Position numbers and translations under genes: made by a program
Shown here: piece after piece, positions 29,455 to 39,205 of the stretch
Layout of the letters: the number at the start of each line of letters is the position of its first letter
Position numbering within the stretch: the stretch's first letter is position 1
The notes under the pieces: generated by a model
Databases searched by the model: none
Told to the model about the DNA's origin: nothing
The model's input: only the letters and a program-made list of their open reading frames with translations
Assembly (NCBI GenBank): GCA_044229975.1
Contig: JBGARZ010000002.1
Coordinates: forward strand, 640,001-704,000
Source: Polyangiales bacterium
GTDB lineage: Bacteria > Myxococcota_A > Polyangia > Polyangiales > Ga0077539
Length of the DNA: 64,000 nt
Direction of reading: 5' to 3'

Positions 29455-29706
29455 TCAACGCCCGGCTGCGAGCGCCGACGGCGCCCCGAGAACCTTCGCG
29501 ACGAGCTCGCGCCCGTAGAGTCGGGCGGCCAGATACAGCTCGATCTCCCGCTCGGTCGCGCCGGGGTGCTGCGCGCGCACGCCGACCTCCGCGAGCTGCC
29601 GGACCGCCAACGAGAGGCCGGCGGCGATGCCCAGACGCTCCGCAGGCGACAACGACCGCAGGTGCTGGTGGTAGAAGCGCGCCGCGGTGGGGGAGGTGTC
29701 GTTCAT
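29455..29706 (-). CDS. Small helical hypothetical protein
   Basis: MNDTSP..LRSLSPAERL..GVRAQHP..ARLYG, 83 aa, protein-like composition. Confidence 0.7.
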   Translation of the reverse strand: MNDTSPTAARFYHQHLRSLSPAERLGIAAGLSLAVRQLAEVGVRAQHPGATEREIELYLAARLYGRELVAKVLGAPSALAAGR

Positions 29707-29835
29707 CACGAGCCAGATCGATCCGTACCACGCTGCCAGCGCGCATGGCACAGCTCGCGACGGCCCGACCATCGACGAACGGGACGAGCGACGCCCCGGT
29801 CGAAGCGCAGACGGCTGCGTCCGGCGCGCTCGCGC

Positions 29836-30852
29836 TTACTGTTGCGCGGTGCCGCCGAGCTCTTGCAGCGCGGAGCTGATGCGCAGCACGCGCCCCGCCT
29901 CGACCGAGTTGGCCTGCACCGTCAGCGTCACACGCTCGCCATCGGCCCGAGCCACGACGCCCTCGCGCAGCAGCCGACCCAGCCCGAGGATGCGCACCAT
30001 CACCTGACCCGCGAGCTCGCGCGTTGACGCATCCACGAGCCGAACGATCTCCCGCGCCGCCGCCTCGGTGTGCGCCTGCCCCGCCGCGCGCACGCTCACG
30101 TCACCCGGGACGTCGCCCCACGCCACGAGCCGATCGAGCCCCTCGCCCGTGCGCGCCACGCCCCGCGTCGGAACCCTCACCCGCGCCCGAATCGCCGCGA
30201 GGTCGGCCGCCACCTGAAGCGATCCATGGCGGCCGTCGACCAGCGCCCACAGGTCGTTGAAGCGGTCGTCGTCGCGCACCGAGCGCCGCTCTTCGCCGAC
30301 GAGCCGCGCGGCCACGCGGCGCACCAGCGAGCGCTCCATCACCACCACCACGTCGCTCGCCGGAAACATGTACGCCCGCTGCCCGACGCTGACGTACGCG
30401 ATGCCCTGTTCGGTGCCCTCTTCCGGTGACACGCCGGGCGTCCGCTCGCGCGCCGCCTGCAACACGGCGGCGCGGTCGTAGCGACCTCGCGCGACGATGA
30501 TCGGCCAGCCCACGGTGGCTGCCGTGCCGGGCGGCAGGTACACGCCAAAGGCGAGGTGATCGGCCTCGTGGAGCGCGTCGAAGCCCAGCTCGCGGCGCAC
30601 GCCACCGACGTCGGCGCCGAGGGTCACGGCCAGCTCCAACGCCCCGTCGAAGTGCGGCGAGCGGCGCGCCTCGGTCAGCTCGAAGCGACCCCACGCCACG
30701 GCGCCGGGCGGCAGGAGCGCGAGCAGCTCGCCGTGCACGTCGGGCGGTCGCGGAGCCTCGGCGCGGGCGGTGGCAGCGGTGCCCGTCGAGGCGCACCCGA
30801 CCGGCGCGAAGAAGCAGAGGAAGAGCGCGAAACCATGGAGGGAGCGGGTCAC
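29836..30852 (-). CDS. Hypothetical lipoprotein
   Basis: Hydrophobic N-terminus ending PVGC, LLALLPPGA. GTG start estimated. Confidence 0.7.
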   Translation of the reverse strand: MTRSLHGFALFLCFFAPVGCASTGTAATARAEAPRPPDVHGELLALLPPGAVAWGRFELTEARRSPHFDGALELAVTLGADVGGVRRELGFDALHEADHLAFGVYLPPGTAATVGWPIIVARGRYDRAAVLQAARERTPGVSPEEGTEQGIAYVSVGQRAYMFPASDVVVVMERSLVRRVAARLVGEERRSVRDDDRFNDLWALVDGRHGSLQVAADLAAIRARVRVPTRGVARTGEGLDRLVAWGDVPGDVSVRAAGQAHTEAAAREIVRLVDASTRELAGQVMVRILGLGRLLREGVVARADGERVTLTVQANSVEAGRVLRISSALQELGGTAQQ

Positions 30853-30920
30853 GGCGCGCGTTCTATCACGGCTGCCCGCCGACGCCGTGGCGACCATGGT
30901 AGGGCTCCGGGCCAACCGTC

Positions 30921-31733
30921 ATGTTGTCCTACGCCGTCGTCACTGCTCCGGGTGCCTCTCCCGATCGTTCGTGCCTGGTGCTCCACGGCATCCTCGGATC
31001 GAAGACCAACTGGCGCACCCTCGCCCGTCGCTTCGTCGCCGAGCTCCCGTCGTGGGCCTTCGTGCTCGTCGACCTCCGCAAGCACGGCGCCTCGCAAGAC
31101 CTCCCGCCCCCGCACACCCTCTCGGCCGCGGTCGACGACCTCGTCACCCTCGCCCCCTTGCTCGCGCCGCCCGTGCGCGGGGTGCTCGGGCACAGCTTCG
31201 GCGGGAAGGTCGCCCTCGCCTACGCGGAGGCCACACCGTCGCTCACGCACCTCGTGGCCGTGGACTCCAACCCCGGCGCGCGGCCCGACCGTCACGGCTC
31301 CGAGGCATCACTCCGCGCCCTCGACACGCTCGCCGCCATCGGTCCCACCTGGGCGACCCGCGAGGACTTCATGCAGGCCGTCGTCGCCGATGGACACGAC
31401 CGTGGGATGGCCGCATGGCTCGCCATGAACCTCGAACACGCCGACCAGGGCTTTCGCCTGCGCGTGGAGATCCCGGCGATTCGCGCGCTCCTCGACGGTT
31501 ACTTCGAGCGCGACCTCTGGCCCGTGGTCGAGTCCCCGCCGCCCGGTCGACGCACGGGCTTCATCCTGGGTGGTGACTCCCTCGTGATGGACGCCGCCGA
31601 GCGCGCCCGCCTCGACGCCGTGGCCGCGCGCGGTGACTGCGAGGTGATCGTCGCCGCGGGCGCCGGGCACTGGGTTCACGTCGACGCGCCCGACGCCACC
31701 GTCGCGGGCGTCGTACGCCTGCTCAGTTCGTAG
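30921..31733 (+). CDS. Alpha/beta hydrolase (YbfF/ABHD11-like esterase)
   Basis: LHGILGS..NW, DLRKHGAS, GHSFGGK, AGHWVHVDAP. Confidence 0.9.
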   Translation: MLSYAVVTAPGASPDRSCLVLHGILGSKTNWRTLARRFVAELPSWAFVLVDLRKHGASQDLPPPHTLSAAVDDLVTLAPLLAPPVRGVLGHSFGGKVALAYAEATPSLTHLVAVDSNPGARPDRHGSEASLRALDTLAAIGPTWATREDFMQAVVADGHDRGMAAWLAMNLEHADQGFRLRVEIPAIRALLDGYFERDLWPVVESPPPGRRTGFILGGDSLVMDAAERARLDAVAARGDCEVIVAAGAGHWVHVDAPDATVAGVVRLLSS

Positions 31734-33495
31734 GCGGTCGCCAGCGGGCGAGCTCGCGCATCGGTCCGTTGAGGTAGCGCTCGACCTCCGGGCCCACCGA
31801 GTTGGTCTCCTCGTAGTGCTCGCCCATCGCCTCGGCGAGGTAGGGGACGACGGGGTTCACGACGTAGTTGTAGGCCGGGACGATGTAGCCGAGAAAATCC
31901 TCGGTGAGCCCGCCGACGAAGGCGTAGCGAACGTCGGGGTTCATGAGCATCAGGTCGCGCAGATAGGGCGGCTGCGGGCCCATCGCGAGGTCGGGTCGGT
32001 TGACCGTCTCGGTGAGCGTCGGCTGTCCCCACGAGTAGCGCGGGTCGGTGCCGATCCAGAGCTCGGGGTGCAGCTCCCCGGGCGCGGAGATCATCGCGAC
32101 GGGGCCCACCTGGAGGTAGGTGACGCGCGAGCGGATCCACGGGTAGTTGCCCACCCCGACGGGGCGCCGCGGGTTGTACCCGATGAGCTCGCGCTCCACC
32201 GTGCGCTGGTTGTAGAGGATGCCGTAGAGGGTGTTCTGCGCGCGGCAGTGGATGGGCGCCGTGCGGTAGCTCACCGCCGTCACGCTGGCCTCGACGCCGT
32301 CGCTCGCCAGGGCCCGCAGCGCGAGCGCACCGACGTTGCGCCCCGCCGCCATCGCCTTCGGAAGACCCGACTGGGGAATCGGGATGCCGTCCTCGCCGCG
32401 CGGCGCGACGCCGCCGCCGGGGCCCACCTGTCCGCCGATGGCACCGTTGTGGAAGACGGTGATGCCGCCGAGGCCGGGGAGGCTGTCGCGCGCGACGCCG
32501 GACTCCACGGTCTCGCGCAGCGCGTGCACGTAGTCGGCGGAGAGGAGGTTGTTGCTCGACCCGGTGTACTCGGGGTGCGCCGACCAGTTGACCCACGTGG
32601 CGATGGTGCGCGTCGGGTCACCGTCCTCGACGAACTGCGCGATGGTGACCGTCGGGTCGAAGAGCACCGGGTCGCGCGTGTCGTTGACGTACGCGAGCGT
32701 CGAGCCCGTCACCGGGTCGACCGTGAGGGTCTGGGCCACGCGCATGCGCGCCGGGCGCAGCGACTCCACCGCCCGGCGAATCGCGATCGCGCCACGCTCT
32801 CGGATGCGCGCCATGTACGCGGCGTTGAGGCCCGACACGGCGAGCTGCGGACCCCACAGCCCCACGGTGTCGACACCCTCGTGGACGTGCGTCGAGGCGA
32901 GGACGATGCGGTCGACGTCGAGGCCCGCGAGCGACGGCTCCGCGCGCACCGCGTCGAGGTGGTTGATGAACAACCCCACCGTGTCGAACACCGCCAACGC
33001 AACGGTGGTCTCGTTGTAGCGAAACGCGAGGGCCCGCACCTCCAGGTCGTCGTGCGAGCCGATGGCTGCACGGCCGTTGCCGAAGCCGGCGATCCAGGTG
33101 GCGTCGAACACCCCGTTGCCGTTGAGGTCGACGAAGGGTTCACCCGGGTCGAAGTTGTGGTTGCGGTTCGTGTCGGTCCACTCGCGCTCGATGATGTCGG
33201 GGTTGATGAGCTCGCGCGCGGCGCCCACGAGGAGGCGGTTGTCGCCCATCGCGCGACAGTGCTCGCGCCCGGGGCACCAGTCGTCCGGGCCCGCGTAGGG
33301 TGTCGGATCAGGCACCGAAGCATCCGGCGCGACGTCCTCCGTCACGTCGTCGGTGACGTCTGGCGCGACCGCGGCGTCAGCAGCGTCCATCACCGCGGCG
33401 TCGACCGGCGCGGGCCCCGCGTCGTCACAGCCACCGAGCGCGAGGCCCGCGGCGAGGAGCGCGATGGCGCACCGCCGGATCACCATCGACGTCAC
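31723..33495 (-). CDS. Neutral/alkaline ceramidase-like lipoprotein
   Basis: Lipobox LGGC; AGFGNGR..HDDLEVRA; STHVHEGVD; WSAHPE; SADY; PGELHPE; YEETNS; DxNxN Ca-binding-like loops. Confidence 0.75.
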   Translation of the reverse strand: MTSMVIRRCAIALLAAGLALGGCDDAGPAPVDAAVMDAADAAVAPDVTDDVTEDVAPDASVPDPTPYAGPDDWCPGREHCRAMGDNRLLVGAARELINPDIIEREWTDTNRNHNFDPGEPFVDLNGNGVFDATWIAGFGNGRAAIGSHDDLEVRALAFRYNETTVALAVFDTVGLFINHLDAVRAEPSLAGLDVDRIVLASTHVHEGVDTVGLWGPQLAVSGLNAAYMARIRERGAIAIRRAVESLRPARMRVAQTLTVDPVTGSTLAYVNDTRDPVLFDPTVTIAQFVEDGDPTRTIATWVNWSAHPEYTGSSNNLLSADYVHALRETVESGVARDSLPGLGGITVFHNGAIGGQVGPGGGVAPRGEDGIPIPQSGLPKAMAAGRNVGALALRALASDGVEASVTAVSYRTAPIHCRAQNTLYGILYNQRTVERELIGYNPRRPVGVGNYPWIRSRVTYLQVGPVAMISAPGELHPELWIGTDPRYSWGQPTLTETVNRPDLAMGPQPPYLRDLMLMNPDVRYAFVGGLTEDFLGYIVPAYNYVVNPVVPYLAEAMGEHYEETNSVGPEVERYLNGPMRELARWRPPTN

Positions 33496-35561
33496 CGCGC
33501 CGCGCTGAAGTCGCAGCTTCCCGGCGGGGTGTTCATCGCGCAGTTGCGCGGGAGCACGACCCGCGCGCGCCCCGCCCAGGCCGAGCGCAGGAAGGTCTCG
33601 ATCTGCTCAAGGGCCGCGTCGGTGTGCAGGCCCGAGCGCGCCGCGAAGCCGTGGATGTCCGAGGCGTCGAGGATGTTGGAGGGCCCGCGGTACTGCGTGA
33701 TGGTGGTGCGACCGTCGGCCGCCTCGACGCTCATCACGCCCGCCATCGGGGTGAGCACGGCGCCGACCTGCACCGCGCCGAGCGACGACGCGGCAAACTC
33801 CGTCCCGAGGTTGGGCAGCACCGGGTCGCCCATCGCCTCTTGAATGAGGAGCGGGTGGGGGTTCTCCTGCGCGTCGGCCCAGACGGCGCCGTCGACCTCG
33901 TCCCAGTGGGTCTGGCTCACGGCGAGCTGGAGGAAGATGTCGAGGGTGCTCCCGTAGATGCGCTGGAGACCCGCGCGCACGAGGTCGAAGAGCACCGAGC
34001 GGATGAGGAAGTGCGACCACGCCGACCCCGGCACGTTGGCCACGCCCGCGAGAAACAAGGGCTCGGCGTTGACCATGGTGATGCCCATGGTTCCGCCGAG
34101 GGAGCCGCCCGCCCAGGTGAGCGTATCGGGGTTCGATCGGCGACCCGCGGAGGGGTTCACCATGCCGCCAACCATCGGCGCCGCGAGCACCTCGCGGAGG
34201 TTGGACGCCGCCGGAATCGCCGCCCCGTCGGGCGTCACGCCGCGCATCGAGTGGATCACCGCCATGCCCCCGGCGAGCGCCTGGAGCAGCACGCTGTCGG
34301 CCTGCTCGACGCCGAGGTTCATCCGCGCGAAGCCCAGGAAGGTCGGGGCCATCTCCGTCTCGGTGAGCCCGTCGAAGCGGATGTTGATCTTGGCCGCGCC
34401 CGCGTTGGTGAGGAGGTGGTCGAAGGACGAGTCGGTCACCTCGCCGCCCATGCCATGCCCGAACACCACCGCGGGGTAGTTTCCTGTTCCGCCGCGTGGC
34501 AGCAGCACGCGAAAGGGCGCGTCGTAGGTCATGCCCGCCACGGTGACTGGCAGGCCGGCCTGCCGGGTGAGAAGCCGCTGGTCGTTCACCCAGCGTGGCA
34601 GACCGACGATGTGCCCGTTGACGATGAGCGACGCCGTCGGGTCGGTCGGCGCGCTCACCGAGTCGATGCGAACCGTCGCCGTCCCCGCGCGCAGCGCCTC
34701 GATGGCCCGCTCGCGCATCGTCCGAAGCGCCACCAGCGGCTGGTCGTGCGAGCGCGTGACGAAGCCCCACACCCGTAGGACGTGGGCGGGGTCGATGCCC
34801 GCCCGCATGAGCAGCGTACGGGTCGGAGCGTGCCAGGCGCGAAGGTGCTCCTGGGCAGGCGTTCGCGGCGGTTGCAGGCCAAGCGCAGCGCGGGTCTCGT
34901 CGTTGGCGCGGAGGGTCGCGCCGTCGCTCGAACGGAGGTCGTCGGTGATGACGACGATGTGCTCCGTGGCGGCGGCGAGGAGCGTGCGGGGATAGGCGAT
35001 GAGACCGGTCTCGGGGTCGCGGGTGTCCTGCGGCGCGACCGTGACCGTGCGCACCGGGACGAGCGATCCTCGCATGGGACCATCGGCCACGATGAGTCGC
35101 ACCGCGCCGGTGGTTCCGTCACCGAGAGACTCCGCGGCGAGGTTGGCCGAGAAGGCCGTGATGAGCGGCGTCGCGCGAGAGAACCCGTCAGCGCGGTTGA
35201 GCCCCCCGACGTCGTCGGTGCGCACCACGCCCGCCTGCGGGATGTCGAGTCGCACGCGCGTCGCCTGCACCTCGTCGTCGCGCATGAACGACGTCGACGG
35301 CCACGGCATGAGGCACCGCGCCGGGTCGGTCGGATCACACCCGAGCGCGAGCGCCTGCCGCTCCCCCTCGCGGCGATCGGCCACCGGAACGATCGGCCCG
35401 ACGTCCTCGCCCACGTCAGCACCACCGACGTCGTTCTTCGCGGCGGTGTCGGTCGTGGGCACGTCTGCGACCGAGGCGTCGACGGTCGGCGCGGGGTCGT
35501 CGCATCCGACCAACGGCAAGGCAGAGAAGGCCAGGCCCAGGAGCGCGCGTCGTAGCTTCAC
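33492..35561 (-). CDS. Lipoprotein with Ig-like N-domain and alpha/beta-hydrolase (lipase-like) domain
   Basis: LVGC lipobox; CLMPWPS..DGFS; FGHGMGG; GGSLGG; GDPVLPN; DIHG. Confidence 0.75.
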   Translation of the reverse strand: MKLRRALLGLAFSALPLVGCDDPAPTVDASVADVPTTDTAAKNDVGGADVGEDVGPIVPVADRREGERQALALGCDPTDPARCLMPWPSTSFMRDDEVQATRVRLDIPQAGVVRTDDVGGLNRADGFSRATPLITAFSANLAAESLGDGTTGAVRLIVADGPMRGSLVPVRTVTVAPQDTRDPETGLIAYPRTLLAAATEHIVVITDDLRSSDGATLRANDETRAALGLQPPRTPAQEHLRAWHAPTRTLLMRAGIDPAHVLRVWGFVTRSHDQPLVALRTMRERAIEALRAGTATVRIDSVSAPTDPTASLIVNGHIVGLPRWVNDQRLLTRQAGLPVTVAGMTYDAPFRVLLPRGGTGNYPAVVFGHGMGGEVTDSSFDHLLTNAGAAKINIRFDGLTETEMAPTFLGFARMNLGVEQADSVLLQALAGGMAVIHSMRGVTPDGAAIPAASNLREVLAAPMVGGMVNPSAGRRSNPDTLTWAGGSLGGTMGITMVNAEPLFLAGVANVPGSAWSHFLIRSVLFDLVRAGLQRIYGSTLDIFLQLAVSQTHWDEVDGAVWADAQENPHPLLIQEAMGDPVLPNLGTEFAASSLGAVQVGAVLTPMAGVMSVEAADGRTTITQYRGPSNILDASDIHGFAARSGLHTDAALEQIETFLRSAWAGRARVVLPRNCAMNTPPGSCDFSAAR

Positions 35562-35606
35562 GGGCGCACGCTAGCGCAGGCCCCGCCGGGCCGCGAAGTG
35601 CGGACA

Positions 35607-36836
35607 TCACGGCGCAGGGAGCGACAGCGGTGGCCCAAGACCGGTGCCGTGCGCGAGCCCGGTCATCACCTTGACCATCAATCGTTCCATGCCGGGAAGC
35701 CTCATTCCCAGCGGGAATCCGAGGTCGCGCACCCACCCCAGGGCCGTGAGATCGCTCTGGAACCACGGCGTCAACCAGCGCGTCGCGAGCGCGTAGAAGC
35801 CGAGGTTGGAGCGGCGCGTGCGGGAGTAGCGGGCGAGCGCGCGCGCCACCTCGTCCTCCGCCGCGAGCGACTCGGACAGCACGAGCGCGTCCATCAACGC
35901 GAGGTTGGCGCCCTGGCCGAGCTGCGGGCTCATCGCATGCGCGGCGTCACCCAGGTACACGACGCGGTCGGTGTTCCACGGGTACATCGCGACGTCCTGG
36001 TAGCGGGTGAAGAGGAGCTGCTCGGGCGCGACGACCTGGTCGAGCACGGCGTCGAGTGCCGGGACGAACTGTCGCAGCTCGCGCTTGCACACGTCGAGGC
36101 CGCGGGCCCGCCACGCCTCGGCGCGGTCGTGCCGCACCGAGTAGAAGACGCTCACCTTGCGCGGCCCCGCGTGGTCACCGGGTCCGAGTCCCGAGGGCAG
36201 CGCGCCGACCATGCGCTTCGTCCCATCGAGCACCTGATGGAGCCCGCGGGTGAAGCGCGCTTCGGGGTCATCGAGCACGCACCAGATGGCGCCCCACGGG
36301 TACGCCCGCACCGACTTGCGGATGCTCGTGTCGTCGCGGAGCTGCGAGCGTGAACCATCCGCGACGACGCACACCTCGTGCGGCCCGAGCCGTTGCCCAC
36401 CCGGCTGCACGAACCACAGCCCGGCGTTGTCTTCGGTCGCCTTGAGATCGGCCACCTCGACGCCCGTGACGAGCGTCGCCGTCGAGGCTCGCACCGCCGC
36501 AAAGAGCCGCTCGAAGAGGGCGCCGCGGTGCAAGCCGTACCCGCGGTGTCCCCCCGGCATCGAGGCGTAGTTCAGCTTGAAGAGCTGGCGCCGTTGGAGG
36601 GTCTCGCAGCGCAGCGACTCCAGCGGCTCGGCCCGCGCGACCACCGCCTCGCGCAGCCCCAGCAGCGAGAGCACCGCCTGCCCCGTCGGTTGCAGCATGA
36701 TCCCTGCGCCAACCGCCTTCGGCTCGGGCACCCGCTCGTACACGGTGACCTTGTGCCCCGCCCTCGACAGGAACAACGCCGCCGCCGCCCCCGCGGTGCC
36801 GCAGCCGATCACCCCGACGTCGAGCGATCGCTTCAC
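35607..36836 (-). CDS. FAD-dependent monooxygenase (UbiH/aromatic hydroxylase family)
   Basis: GCGTAG, ADGSRS, GDAAHAMSPQLGQGANLALMDA. Confidence 0.9.
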   Translation of the reverse strand: MKRSLDVGVIGCGTAGAAAALFLSRAGHKVTVYERVPEPKAVGAGIMLQPTGQAVLSLLGLREAVVARAEPLESLRCETLQRRQLFKLNYASMPGGHRGYGLHRGALFERLFAAVRASTATLVTGVEVADLKATEDNAGLWFVQPGGQRLGPHEVCVVADGSRSQLRDDTSIRKSVRAYPWGAIWCVLDDPEARFTRGLHQVLDGTKRMVGALPSGLGPGDHAGPRKVSVFYSVRHDRAEAWRARGLDVCKRELRQFVPALDAVLDQVVAPEQLLFTRYQDVAMYPWNTDRVVYLGDAAHAMSPQLGQGANLALMDALVLSESLAAEDEVARALARYSRTRRSNLGFYALATRWLTPWFQSDLTALGWVRDLGFPLGMRLPGMERLMVKVMTGLAHGTGLGPPLSLPAP

Positions 36837-38554
36837 ACCACGTCGAAGCTGTAACCGCCGTCGATGTACGCCTGCGCGGCGACGCCCTTGCGGAGCTCGT
36901 CGTCGTTGTCGTCGAAGGCCGCGAGATTGGCCTGCATGCGCCGCTCGGCCATGTGGGCGAAGGCGGACGTGAGCTCCACCTCGCGTCGCGCGCCTTCTTC
37001 GCCCTTTCGCTCGATCGCCCGCGTGGTGCGTGAGATCACCGCCGTCAGCGCGTAGAGATCCGTCGCGAGGTCGGCCACGCGGCGCTGCGTGTACTGCATC
37101 TCGGCGATGTCCTTGCCGTGCTTGCGCAGCACCTTGTCGACGCTCTTCTGGAAGTGCGTGACGTACTCCTCCACGAGCACGACCTCGCGGCGCAACGCGT
37201 GGTGCGCGCGGTTCATCCGCTCGCGACCGAAGGTCGTACGCGCCCGCTGCATCGCAAACTCGTACATCAGCCCCATGCCCTTGATGGGCTCGCGGATCGC
37301 GCGCACCACCTCGGCCAGCTTGCGACCGGGGCCCTGCATCCCGCTCAGGGCCACGAAGGCGCGCAGCACCTCGTTGGTGCCCTCGAAGATCGGGTTGGCC
37401 CGCGCGTCACGCAGCATGCGCTCGCACGGGTGCGGCTGGGTGTACCCGGCGCCCGCGGCGATCTGCATGGCCTCGTCAGCCACGCGCCACAGCACCTCGC
37501 TGCCAAACACCTTGCAGATCGCGCTCTCCAGCGACCAGTCGGGCACCTTCGCGTCCACCATCCCGGTGGTCAGGAACACCATCGACTCCAGCGCGAAGGT
37601 CTCCGCCATCATGCGGGCGATCTTGTCCTTCATCATCCCGAACTCGCCGATGGGACGACCAAACGCACGACGCTCCTGCGCGCGGTCGACGGACAGCCGG
37701 ATGAGCCGACGGCACATGCCCACCGCCCCCGCGGCCAGCGACAGGCGCCCGCCGTTGAGCACCTCCATCGCCACGCGAAACCCTCGACCGGTCTCACCCA
37801 GAACGTTCTCCGACGGCACCTTGGCGCCCTCGAAGCGCAGCCACGGTGTCGACGTGGCGCGCAGCCCCAGCTTGAGATCGTTGGGTCCGCGAACCATCCC
37901 CTCGCCCGCCTCCACGAGGAAGGCCGTGAGCCGCGGCTTCGATCGCATGTCGAAGGCCGTCGTGCGCGCGAAGACGGTCACCACGTCGGCGTTGGCGCCA
38001 TTGGTGACCCACACCTTGGTGCCGTGCACCGTCCACGCCTCGCCGCCCCGATCGAGGTCGGCCCGCGTCTGGATGCCCGCGGCGTCGCTGCCCGCTCCGG
38101 CCTCGGTGAGCGCGAAGGCCCCGATGCGCTCGCCGCGCGCCATCGCCGGAAGAAACCTCCGCCGCTGGGCCTCGGTGCCGAAGAGCAGGAGCCCCGCGGT
38201 GCCGAGCGTCAGGTGCGCGCCGACCGTGACCGCGAGCGAGGTGTCGTAGCTGGCCAGCTCCTGGATGACGCGGGCGAGCCCCGTGGCGCCGAGGCCCGAG
38301 CCGCCGTACTCGGTGGGGACGCTCAACCCGAAGAGCCCGAGGTCGCGCATGCCCTGGAGGACGGGCGCCGGAATCTCCGCATCGCGATCGAAGGCGGCGG
38401 CGTCGACGTGCTTGCGCGCGAAGGCCCGCACCCCGTCGAGGATGAGCCCGATGTGCTCCCGCTGCTCCCTCCCGGGCTCCGGGTACGGAAACACCATCTC
38501 TTCGGGAATCACCCCGTAGAACACGGACTTGAGGAAGCTCTCCTCCATCGCCAT
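36833..38554 (-). CDS. Acyl-CoA dehydrogenase (long, VLCAD/ACAD9-like)
   Basis: FALTEAGAGSD, GTKVWVTNG, KLGLRA, R.AFGRPI, IFEGTNEVLR, extra C-terminal domain. Confidence 0.93.
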   Translation of the reverse strand: MAMEESFLKSVFYGVIPEEMVFPYPEPGREQREHIGLILDGVRAFARKHVDAAAFDRDAEIPAPVLQGMRDLGLFGLSVPTEYGGSGLGATGLARVIQELASYDTSLAVTVGAHLTLGTAGLLLFGTEAQRRRFLPAMARGERIGAFALTEAGAGSDAAGIQTRADLDRGGEAWTVHGTKVWVTNGANADVVTVFARTTAFDMRSKPRLTAFLVEAGEGMVRGPNDLKLGLRATSTPWLRFEGAKVPSENVLGETGRGFRVAMEVLNGGRLSLAAGAVGMCRRLIRLSVDRAQERRAFGRPIGEFGMMKDKIARMMAETFALESMVFLTTGMVDAKVPDWSLESAICKVFGSEVLWRVADEAMQIAAGAGYTQPHPCERMLRDARANPIFEGTNEVLRAFVALSGMQGPGRKLAEVVRAIREPIKGMGLMYEFAMQRARTTFGRERMNRAHHALRREVVLVEEYVTHFQKSVDKVLRKHGKDIAEMQYTQRRVADLATDLYALTAVISRTTRAIERKGEEGARREVELTSAFAHMAERRMQANLAAFDDNDDELRKGVAAQAYIDGGYSFDVV

Positions 38555-38664
38555 GGCGTGGAACTACCACGCGATCGCGCCGCGGGTCATCCGTCCCGAA
38601 AAGGCCACCGCGCGGCGTCGAGAGCCCTTCCAAGAACAGCTCCCCCCGTGGTGTCATCCCTCCG

Positions 38665-39171
38665 ATGAACACCTCGGCGTTGGTTCCGTGTGGGGGATGT
38701 CAGCGGCACGTGCGCTCCAATGAGCCCGTGTGTCCGTTCTGCGGGGGGGCGCTCGCCGGCACCTCCGTCGAAGGCATCGTCCCAGAGCCCGCCCAGCGCC
38801 TGAGCCGCGCCGGGATGCTGGCCTTCGCGACGGCCTTTCTGTCGTCGGCCTGCCACCCGAGCGAGCCGCCGACCCCGCCGCCGCCCACGCCCACGGTGGT
38901 CGATGCGGGCTCGGTGATGGCCATCTACGGAGCGCCCGCGCCGCAGACACCGGAGCCGCAAGCGCAGCCGCAGCCCGTCCCGACACCGACGCCGACGCCG
39001 ACGCCCAACGACATGGCCGTGCCCGCCTATGGTGCTCCTCCGCCCACCGTTACGCCGCAGGCGCCGCCCGTGGTGACGCCTCCAGCGCGGCCGACCCCGC
39101 CGCGTCGACCTGGCGGCAGCGTCTCGACCCGCTACGGCGCTCCGCCCCGTCCGTCCGACGATGACCGCTGA
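38665..39171 (+). CDS. CxxC..CPFC Zn-ribbon, Pro-rich protein with three xYGAP motifs
   Basis: CGGCQRH..CPFC, hydrophobic stretch ending SSAC, then IYGAP, AYGAP, RYGAP. Confidence 0.8.
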   Translation: MNTSALVPCGGCQRHVRSNEPVCPFCGGALAGTSVEGIVPEPAQRLSRAGMLAFATAFLSSACHPSEPPTPPPPTPTVVDAGSVMAIYGAPAPQTPEPQAQPQPVPTPTPTPTPNDMAVPAYGAPPPTVTPQAPPVVTPPARPTPPRRPGGSVSTRYGAPPRPSDDDR

Positions 39172-39205
39172 GTCGGTGCACCGCGACCGCTGCCCCTGAG
39201 CGTTG

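Noticed and set aside
38633..38656. GAAC..GTCA ECF-type promoter before the YGAP protein
   Set aside because: The spacer is 15 nt, shorter than typical, and the motif is too short to support.
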